From assembly GCA_000043285.1 (NCBI GenBank), contig BX248583.1:480001-512000 (forward strand): a stretch of DNA of 32,000 nt. The letters are read 5' to 3'. The position numbers and the translations under genes were made by a program. The notes under the pieces were generated by a model. That model saw only the letters and a list, made by a program, of their open reading frames with translations, was not told the DNA's origin and searched no databases. Shown in pieces: positions 19,941 to 28,046 of this stretch (the stretch's first letter is position 1; every line of letters starts with the position of its first letter). Source of the stretch: Candidatus Blochmanniella floridana. Lineage in GTDB: Bacteria > Pseudomonadota > Gammaproteobacteria > Enterobacterales > Enterobacteriaceae.

Positions 19941-21692
19941 ATGAATATTCAATATTTATTGTTACAACGTGTTCATGAAGCATTAACCTTAATAAATACT
20001 AAATCCTTTTTAAATTTGATACAAGTACAACAATCAAATCATATAAGATTCGGAGATTATCAAATTAATGGCATGATTAATATCTCTAAACACTTACAAA
20101 TACCTATTAAAGATTTTTCTAATATATTTATTAAAACTATTAACTTAAAAGGTATTGCAAAAATAATTAAATTTGAACCACCAGGATTTATTAATATTTT
20201 TTTATCACCAACATGGATAGAAAATAAAATTAATCATATTATTGATTTGCCAAAATTAGGCATCGATTTAATTCCCTCAAAAAACATTGTTATTGATTAT
20301 TCTAGCCCAAATATTGCTAAAGAAATGCACGTTGGACATTTAAGATCTACAATTATTGGCGATAGTATTGCTCGAATTTTATCTTTTCTAGGCCATAATG
20401 TAATTCGATCTAATCATATAGGAGATTGGGGAACACAATTCGGTATGCTTATCGCTTATATAAAGAAGCATAAAATCAATTATCTTTCACTAAATGACAG
20501 TCAACAAATCTCTATGCTTGAATACTATTATCAAGAATCTAAAAAAGAATATGATTCTGATCCCAATTTTGCCGAATTATCCCGTAAATATGTCGTAAAA
20601 TTACAAAAAGGTGATGTTTATTGTCGAAAAATATGGAAATATCTAGTTGATATATCTATATCAAATAATCAAAAAATATATGATCGACTAAATGTTACTC
20701 TTAAAAAAAAAGACATCATGGGAGAAAGTATGTATCATGATATGTTACCTTACATTATTACAGATCTAAAAAATAAAAAATTAGCAGTAACCAGTGATCA
20801 TGCTACTATAGTCTTCTTAAATCAGAACAAAAATAGTAAAAAAAATAATCCATTTGGAGTAATTATACAAAAAAAAGATGGAGGTTATCTGTATAGCACC
20901 ACTGATATTGCTTGTATAAAATATCGTTGTGAAACATTACATGCTGATAGAATTATTTATTATATCGATTCCAGGCAAAAACAACATCTTATGCAAGCTT
21001 GGGAAATTGCTTATCAAGCAGGATATATAACAAAAGCAGTTGTATTTGAACATCACGTATGCGGAATGCTACTTGATAAAAATAAAAAACCATTTAAAAC
21101 TCGCTCTGGAAATACAATAAAATTAATTACATTATTAAATGAAGCTTTTAACAAAGCTTATAATTTAATCTTAAATAAGAATTTAAATCTAGAATATAAA
21201 AAAATAAATCATCTCGCTCACATTATTAGTATTGGAGCAATTAAATATTCTGAATTATCCAAAAATCGAACAACAAATTATATATTTAATTGGGACAAAA
21301 TACTAAATTTTGACGGCAACACTGCTCCATATATACAATATGCATATACTCGAATATCTTCCATTTTTAAAAAAATTAATCACCGATCAGAATTACAAGA
21401 AAAAAAATACCAAATCTTCTTATCTTCCCAAGAAGAAATATTACTAGCAATTTGTTTATTACAATTTCACGAAACTCTAATTACAGTAGCAGATCGAGGA
21501 ACCCCTCATATATTATGTGGATACTTATACAAATTATCAACATTATTTTCTTTATTTTATGAACATTGCCCTATTCTAAAAACAGAATGCACTTATACAA
21601 AATATAGTAGACTCAAACTATCATTTATTACTGCCCAAATCTTAAAAAAAGGCTTAAACTTATTAGGCATTGAAACATCAGAATATATGTAA
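19941..21692 (+). CDS. argS: Arginine--tRNA ligase
   Basis: DYSSPNIAKEMHVGHLRSTIIGD is the HIGH-type motif. GDWGTQFGML, IIQKKDGGYLYSTTDIA, YYIDSRQ.QHL and SKNRT..Y.F.W are present, as is the terminal GIET.E.M. It aligns collinearly with E. coli ArgRS. Confidence 0.97.
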   Translation: MNIQYLLLQRVHEALTLINTKSFLNLIQVQQSNHIRFGDYQINGMINISKHLQIPIKDFSNIFIKTINLKGIAKIIKFEPPGFINIFLSPTWIENKINHIIDLPKLGIDLIPSKNIVIDYSSPNIAKEMHVGHLRSTIIGDSIARILSFLGHNVIRSNHIGDWGTQFGMLIAYIKKHKINYLSLNDSQQISMLEYYYQESKKEYDSDPNFAELSRKYVVKLQKGDVYCRKIWKYLVDISISNNQKIYDRLNVTLKKKDIMGESMYHDMLPYIITDLKNKKLAVTSDHATIVFLNQNKNSKKNNPFGVIIQKKDGGYLYSTTDIACIKYRCETLHADRIIYYIDSRQKQHLMQAWEIAYQAGYITKAVVFEHHVCGMLLDKNKKPFKTRSGNTIKLITLLNEAFNKAYNLILNKNLNLEYKKINHLAHIISIGAIKYSELSKNRTTNYIFNWDKILNFDGNTAPYIQYAYTRISSIFKKINHRSELQEKKYQIFLSSQEEILLAICLLQFHETLITVADRGTPHILCGYLYKLSTLFSLFYEHCPILKTECTYTKYSRLKLSFITAQILKKGLNLLGIETSEYM

Positions 21693-21713
21693 TATTTATA
21701 TACTTCATTGCAC

Positions 21714-23270
21714 TCAATTTGAATCTTTACTTAAAAAATTAAAATCCTTTAAACGTAATCCCAATAACCATAACATTACAAAATAACTACCTATACTAAT
21801 AATAAATATACTTATAATTTTTAATAATCTTATAATAAAAACATTATTTTGCAAACAATCACCTACACATACTACAGACTCAGTAAAATACAAAACCACA
21901 CACATTACTACAATAGACATCATTAATTGACAGAAAAAAAACAACCATTGCGTGGCTAATTGAAATGCATATTTTTTCTTTAATTTCCAAAATAATAATC
22001 CTACATTTAACCATGCACCTAAACTAATAGAACATGCAAAAGTTACATGTCTTAATGTATGAATACAAATCAAATTCATGAATTGAGTAAAAATTACTGT
22101 AATAATAATTATTTGAATCGGCGTTTTAATATCATATCTAGAATAAAATCCAGCAGTTAAAATTTTCACTAAAATTAAACCTGGTAATCCAACCGAATAT
22201 GCAATCACAGAATACTGAGTCATTAAGACATCCCATTCTGAAAATTTACCGTATTGAAACAATGTAATGATCAAAGGTTTAGATAATAAACCTAAAATAA
22301 AAGCACTAGGTAAACTAAATATACAACATAATTTTATTCCCCAATTTATCAAATTAATATATTCTGTATCATTTCCTCTAGCAATAAATTTTGATAAACA
22401 TGGCAATAAGATTGTAGTTATTGTCACCCCAAAAATACCAATAGGTAATTCAATAATTCTATCAGCATAATACATCCAAGAAATAGAACCATCTGGTAAA
22501 AATGACGCAAAAATAGTATTAATCGTTAAAGACATTTGATTACTAAAAATAGCAATCAACATTAAACCCATAGATCGACACATTCTACGTACCCTATTAT
22601 CCTTAAAACTTATCGAAGGTAAGACTAATAAACGAATTTTTTTTAAAAAAGGTAAACAATACATACATTGCACTAATCCACCAATAAAAACTGACCATGA
22701 CAATCCCATAATAGGAGAATATAAATTAAAATAACTCAGAAATAACATAAACCCTATCATACTGATATTTAAAAATATCGGAATAAATGCTGGTACTAAA
22801 AAAAAATTCCATGTATTTAAAATTGCTCCCATTAATGATGCCATAGAAATAAATAAAGTATAAGGCAACATAATGCGAAATAATAAAATAGTTAAAGAAA
22901 ATTTTTCAGAAAAATTATTAAAACCTGGAACAGTAAACGTAATAATCCAAGGAGCTACTAATAATCCAATAAAAATTACAATAATCAAAACCATTATTAA
23001 TAAACCAAATGTACGAGAAATAAATATACGTATTTCATCATTATTAGCAAAGCATTTATATTCTGATAATATAGGTAAAAAAATTTGATAGCACGCTCCT
23101 TCTGCAAAAATACGTCTCAAAAAATTAGATAATTTAAAAGCAATAAAAAAAGAATCAGTAATAGTACTGACTCCAAATACACGTGCTATAATAGTATCTC
23201 GAACAAATCCTAAAATACGAGAGCACATCGTTATAGAACTCATACGAAATAATGATTTCAACAAATTCAT
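21714..23270 (-). CDS. murJ: Lipid II flippase MurJ (MviN)
   Basis: MNLLKSL...SS.TM.SR.LGF.RD.I.AR.FG...TD.FF.AFK..N.LRRIFAEG matches the E. coli MurJ N-terminus. The protein is polytopic and 518 aa long. Confidence 0.95.
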   Translation of the reverse strand: MNLLKSLFRMSSITMCSRILGFVRDTIIARVFGVSTITDSFFIAFKLSNFLRRIFAEGACYQIFLPILSEYKCFANNDEIRIFISRTFGLLIMVLIIVIFIGLLVAPWIITFTVPGFNNFSEKFSLTILLFRIMLPYTLFISMASLMGAILNTWNFFLVPAFIPIFLNISMIGFMLFLSYFNLYSPIMGLSWSVFIGGLVQCMYCLPFLKKIRLLVLPSISFKDNRVRRMCRSMGLMLIAIFSNQMSLTINTIFASFLPDGSISWMYYADRIIELPIGIFGVTITTILLPCLSKFIARGNDTEYINLINWGIKLCCIFSLPSAFILGLLSKPLIITLFQYGKFSEWDVLMTQYSVIAYSVGLPGLILVKILTAGFYSRYDIKTPIQIIIITVIFTQFMNLICIHTLRHVTFACSISLGAWLNVGLLFWKLKKKYAFQLATQWLFFFCQLMMSIVVMCVVLYFTESVVCVGDCLQNNVFIIRLLKIISIFIISIGSYFVMLWLLGLRLKDFNFLSKDSN

Positions 23271-23794
23271 TATTTTTTAAACTTTTGAAAATATATCATT
23301 ATCATATCCTTACATTTGTTTATATGATATATATACTATATCATATCTAAAATTATGTATTATATATAAAATTTATCAAACTTTATAAAAAATATAACAT
23401 CATATTATATGATATATTTATTATAATAAAATTTTGATGTACTATATATATATTTATATATACGATAAACTGATTTATAAAATAATGACTAAAATTATTA
23501 TACCAATAATTAAAATCAAAAAACTAGTAACTATATTTAAACATTATTATATATATTCAATTATATATCAACTATATTATTCTATTCCGTTAGCATATTA
23601 CATCAGATTATAATATATATTAATAATACAAAATACCATATAACAATACGATTCACATTATTCTGATAAATATTTGTTATCAAAAACTAAATATATGATG
23701 ATTTATTTTACTATAAAAAATATATAAAATTCTACTAACATACCTTTTTATATAAATAGTAAAACTAATAATATACCATCAGGCACAATAACTC

Positions 23795-25000
23795 ATGAAT
23801 TCAATATCTAAAGTCAGAAAATTAGGTAAATACTTTTTAATAATAGACAATATGTTTGTAGTTATTGGTTTCTATGCTGTTTTTCCTCTTATATCAATAC
23901 ATTTTGTTGAACAACTAGGATGGACAGCTTTTTTAGTAGGATTTGCTTTGGGTTTACGCCAATTTATTCAACAAGGATTAGGTATTATTGGAGGAGCATT
24001 TGCCGATAAATTAGGAGCTAAACCTATGATTGTTTCTGGATTATTTATGAGAACTATAGGCTTTATTATTATGAGTTTAGCGCACACACCTACACTGCTA
24101 TGTGCAGCATGCATATTATCAGCATTAGGAGGTACATTATTTGATCCCCCTAGAACGGCATTAGTTATTAAATTAATTCGACCATGGAAATTAGGCCGAT
24201 TTTATTCTATTTTAATGTTGGAAGATAGTATATGTGCTATCATAGGCATCACATTAGGTTCATGGTTATTACAACAATATAATTTTCAATTAGTATGTCT
24301 TACTGGAGCTATATTATTCTTTATAGCTGGTATGTTTAATGCTTGGAGATTACCAGCATATAAAATTTCTAGTTCTCATTTATCATTATTAGATGGAATC
24401 AAACAAGTATTACATAACCAAAAATTTATTATTTATACTTTAACTTTATCTGGATATTACATTTTATCAGCACAAGTAATGCTAATGTTACCGATTCGTA
24501 TGCATGAAATATCTGGACAATTATCATATATAAAATATATTTATATTACAGAAGCAATTTTATCTTTATTACTCATTATTCCTATAACATATTGGATGGA
24601 AAAATATTTCAAGTTAGAAACACGCTTAATGTTAGGACTAGTAATCATGATAATTAGTTTATCACCTATTGGTTCAGTCAATAACCTATATGAGCTATTA
24701 ATTTTAATCAGCTTATTTTATATTGGATCTATTGTTGCTGAACCAGCACGAGAAACATTAAGCGCCTTATTAACTAATTACAAAGCACGTAGTAGTTATA
24801 TAGGATTTAATAAACTCAGCTTAGCTTTAGGAGGAACTTTAGGTTATAGCGGAGGTGGTTGGTTATATGATCTTGGTAAAGAATTAAACTTTTATCAATT
24901 ACCCTGGATTGCTCTAAGTATAATAGGTACTATCACAGTATTAATTTTATATTATCAATTTCGATATTGTTCTATACAACCTTCATTATATACCGATTAA
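23795..25000 (+). CDS. mdtH: MFS transporter MdtH (YceL)
   Basis: LGKYFL.IDNM.VV.GF..VFPLISI.FV.Q.GW, GLRQFIQQGLGI.GGA.AD..GAKPMIV, GGTLFDPPR.ALV.KLIRP and YIGSI.AEPARETLSA match E. coli MdtH closely. It is divergent from murJ, as in E. coli once rimJ, yceH and yceM are deleted. Confidence 0.9.
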   Translation: MNSISKVRKLGKYFLIIDNMFVVIGFYAVFPLISIHFVEQLGWTAFLVGFALGLRQFIQQGLGIIGGAFADKLGAKPMIVSGLFMRTIGFIIMSLAHTPTLLCAACILSALGGTLFDPPRTALVIKLIRPWKLGRFYSILMLEDSICAIIGITLGSWLLQQYNFQLVCLTGAILFFIAGMFNAWRLPAYKISSSHLSLLDGIKQVLHNQKFIIYTLTLSGYYILSAQVMLMLPIRMHEISGQLSYIKYIYITEAILSLLLIIPITYWMEKYFKLETRLMLGLVIMIISLSPIGSVNNLYELLILISLFYIGSIVAEPARETLSALLTNYKARSSYIGFNKLSLALGGTLGYSGGGWLYDLGKELNFYQLPWIALSIIGTITVLILYYQFRYCSIQPSLYTD

Positions 25001-25173
25001 CATTATCATAAAAAATAAAAAGATCCTCTAATACACATATTTACTAAACACTATATTTCATCAGATATTAAATTTGCTTAATCATTATACTTAATTTAAA
25101 ATAATCAAACACATAATTATTCAATCTAAATATTATTAATCATAAAAATCATTATCACAAAATCAATCATATA

Positions 25174-25261
25174 GGTGAGGTGTCCGAGAGGCTCAAGGAG
25201 CATGCCTGGAAAGCATGTATACATATAATATGTATCAAGGGTTCGAATCCCTTCCTCACCG
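25174..25261 (+). tRNA. serX: tRNA-Ser (anticodon GGA)
   Basis: I folded it by hand. The acceptor stem is GGTGAGG/CCTCACC with G73. The anticodon stem is CATGC/GCATG with loop CTGGAAA. The long variable arm has a 7-bp stem (ATACATA/TATGTAT). The T arm is AAGGG-TTCGAAT-CCCTT. It closely resembles E. coli tRNA-Ser(GGA). No 3' CCA is encoded. Confidence 0.95.
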
Positions 25262-25633
25262 AATCAAATAAAGTCTATCTACTAAAAATTTATACTCTAC
25301 TTAACAACCTACACTAAAAAATCAAATCATCATGATTTCTTTATATTTTTTTGTAAAATAAAATGAATTATTTAACTTTATTTAATGTTATATTATATAT
25401 AATATAATTATAAACATAACCTCATACATTAAACTCATTCATAATATGATATATATAAAATATATATATAATATATATCCTTAATATCAAAATCATCCCG
25501 ATACTCAAACACGCATAATATAATTGATATACTATACTAATATACAACACCAATCATATTATATATTTAAAACATAATTAAACTGATTCTACTATTCAAA
25601 AAAACTGATAACAATCTAATTCTAAATGAATCT

Positions 25634-25721
25634 AGGAGAGAAAGGGATTCGAACCCTTGAAAAAATTACATTCTTTAACGATTTTCGAAACCGTCCCGTT
25701 CATCCACTCCGGCATCTCTCC
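25634..25721 (-). tRNA. serU: tRNA-Ser (anticodon CGA)
   Basis: The reverse complement reads GGAGAGATGCCGGAGTGGATGAACGGGACGGTTTCGAAAATCGTT...AAGGGTTCGAATCCCTTTCTCTCC. The anticodon loop is TTCGAAA. It has a long variable arm and resembles E. coli serU. Position 73 reads U, and no CCA is encoded. Confidence 0.9.
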
Positions 25722-25896
25722 ACATCTACAACCATGTACCAATATATTAATTTATTATGATTTTTACATATATAAAACATTCATTAAAAATCATTTAACA
25801 AAATAAAATATAAAATATCACGACATTAATTATAATAATGATAGTAATTTCTTGTAATTATATACATGATCATATATAATGTCCTCATTTTGAGGT

Positions 25897-25972
25897 TCCT
25901 CTGTAGTTCAGTTGGTAGAACGGCGGACTGTTAATCCGTATGTCACTGGTTCAAATCCAGTCAGGGGAGCCA
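25897..25972 (+). tRNA. asnT: tRNA-Asn (anticodon GUU)
   Basis: TCCTCTGTAGTTCAGTTGGTAGAACGGCGGACTGTTAATCCGTATGTCACTGGTTCAAATCCAGTCAGGGGAGCCA is nearly identical to E. coli tRNA-Asn. The 3' CCA is encoded. There is one G-U pair in the acceptor stem. Confidence 0.97.
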
Positions 25973-26042
25973 ATTATTATTATTAAATAATAATAAATTC
26001 AATAAATATACATAACCATAATATATAAATGATACTTTTTAT

Positions 26043-27023
26043 TTATTTGATAATACCATTGCATCTACGATGCAAATCATGTACGTTAATTGATCCAACT
26101 ATAATACCTAATTTATTTACTACTGGAGCAGCAGTAATATTCAATTTATGTAACATTTTTAACGCCACATCAACTTTCCAATCCCGATCTATAACACAAC
26201 CAGGACAAGTCATAGCTAAATTAACAGAATCTGTCAAAGATTTTCCTTGCACTATCCATCTTCTTAAATCTCCATCTGTAAATACTCCAATAACATGATC
26301 ATTAATATCACATACTGCTGTTAATCCTAATCCAGTACGACTTAATTCAAACATAGCATCCATTACTGTGCCGGTACAAAAAACCTTTGAAATATGCTCT
26401 CCAACACGCATTATATGATGTACGCAATTTAATAATTTCGATCCCAATCTACCTCCCGGATGAGATCGAGCAAATTGCTCCGTACTAAAACCTTTATATC
26501 TCATTAGAGAAATAGTTAATGCATCTCCCATCATTAACGCATTCACTGAACTGGAAGTAGGAACTAATTCCATAGGACATGCTTCTCGTTTTCTTTTAAT
26601 ATTCAATACGCACTCCGCTCCAACAGCTAAAGGAGATTGTAAATCTCCAGTTAAAGCAATTACTGGAATTCCACTATCAGATAATAACGGCATTAAAGTC
26701 ATTATTTCATAAGCATATCCAGAATACGAAATAAATATAACTACATCCTGTTCACCTATCATTCCTAAATCACCATGTAAAGCTTCTGCCGGATGTACAA
26801 AAAACGCCGAAGTCCCCGTGCTTGCTAAAGAGGCTGCAATTTTTTTTCCAATATGTCCGGATTTTCCCATACCAGAAACTATAACCTTTCCTTTACACTC
26901 TAACAAAATACGACATGCCAACACTATACTATCATCCAATCTTTCTAACATATGTTGAGCTTCATCGATTTCAATTGCTAAAGTTTCTTTGGCATATTGT
27001 AATAATAATTTATCATTAATCAT
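26043..27023 (-). CDS. gutQ: Arabinose-5-phosphate isomerase (SIS domain plus CBS pair), GutQ-type
   Basis: SGMGKSGHIGKKIAA.LASTGT.AFFVHPAEALHGDLGMI, FISYSG, REACPM.L.PTSS.VN.LMMGDAL, ARSHP.G.LG..LLN.VHH.M, VMDAM.ELSRTGLGL.AVCD, GVFTDGDLRRW and ITAAPVV match my recollection of E. coli GutQ better than KdsD (which has HPGEAAHGDLGMV and ISNSGES). Confidence 0.88.
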   Translation of the reverse strand: MINDKLLLQYAKETLAIEIDEAQHMLERLDDSIVLACRILLECKGKVIVSGMGKSGHIGKKIAASLASTGTSAFFVHPAEALHGDLGMIGEQDVVIFISYSGYAYEIMTLMPLLSDSGIPVIALTGDLQSPLAVGAECVLNIKRKREACPMELVPTSSSVNALMMGDALTISLMRYKGFSTEQFARSHPGGRLGSKLLNCVHHIMRVGEHISKVFCTGTVMDAMFELSRTGLGLTAVCDINDHVIGVFTDGDLRRWIVQGKSLTDSVNLAMTCPGCVIDRDWKVDVALKMLHKLNITAAPVVNKLGIIVGSINVHDLHRRCNGIIK

Positions 27024-27436
27024 TACTTATTATTCATTATCATAACAAAAACCATACTTCTTTACATTAAAGTGCAAATTTCATTCAATATCGACAATTT
27101 TAATATAAACTACTTTACAAAAACACTTTAACCCATTAATATGACGAATTTTTTATATATTATAAAACTGTAAGTAACAATATTTATTTACATAATACTT
27201 CTTTAATACAAAAAAATAATTATTACTAATTAAATAATAACCGTTCAGGACTACTTTTAATCTATTTATTAATTAATAAACTCCTAAAAACTTAAATCAA
27301 TAACACACACATCTTATATGCAAACACATATAATATATAATAATAAACGATTACTTATCAAATCATACTACTATCCTTATTTTCAAACTTGTCTTAATAT
27401 TATAATCAATCTAAAATAACTACTATAATAATATAA

Positions 27437-27763
27437 TTAATTATTATCAGATTGTTTAAATTGCTTCAATTTTTTAGATAATTCACGACGTTCTTTTGAT
27501 AATTCTGCATTTTTTATTATATAATCATCAACTCGGTCTTCATAGTCATTACACATATTAGTTATAATAACCTGCACTCCTTCTATAGAATTTTCCGATT
27601 TAATATAATCAATTAAATTTCTTAACAGTAACACGCGCTTTTGATTATCACGAATTTTTTTTTCATTATCTGATATTTCACGTTGTAATTTATTTCTTCG
27701 TCTAAATATACGCACAAACTCTAAAACACTATAAAATGATTTATCTATATCACTATTATTCAC
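27437..27763 (-). CDS. yeeX: UPF0265 family protein YeeX (function unknown)
   Basis: [37 protein letters not shown] and [26 protein letters not shown] match E. coli YeeX almost residue for residue. It is 108 aa long and neighbours sbcB, as in E. coli. Confidence 0.9.
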   Translation of the reverse strand: MNNSDIDKSFYSVLEFVRIFRRRNKLQREISDNEKKIRDNQKRVLLLRNLIDYIKSENSIEGVQVIITNMCNDYEDRVDDYIIKNAELSKERRELSKKLKQFKQSDNN

Positions 27764-28046
27764 AATTTATCCTATTATAAACGCAATTCTATTATCAATT
27801 TTACTATTAACAAACAAATTTAAAAACCAGTATAATACATTATCATTATTATAAAATATTAAAAATAATTTTTACGCTACTACTACTTTATTAAAATATT
27901 TCAATATAACATTTTTATATAAACTTAAACAAAACAAAATAAATATGCTAGTATAATATATCTAATTAAAAATAACTAAATTACAATAATTTTAAGAATA
28001 AAAAATATTATATTTCCAATCAACTACATCAATAAAATAATTATAT

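Noticed and set aside
22267-23088. Two ORFs (22267-22470 and 22873-23088) antisense to murJ
   Set aside because: Both are contained within murJ and are Ile/Asn/Lys-rich with no motifs.
23322-23346. 10-bp stem, 5-nt loop hairpin (ATATGATATA / TATATCATAT) in the murJ-mdtH spacer
   Set aside because: It is almost entirely A/T and within chance expectation. It is not positioned after any gene end.
25977-25996. 8-bp all-A/T hairpin immediately after tRNA-Asn and downstream of gutQ
   Set aside because: The stem is too weak and too short to distinguish from background (TTATTATT/AATAATAA).
26029-26298. 89-aa ORF antisense to the 3' end of gutQ
   Set aside because: It is contained within the well-supported isomerase gene. 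It is a shadow ORF.
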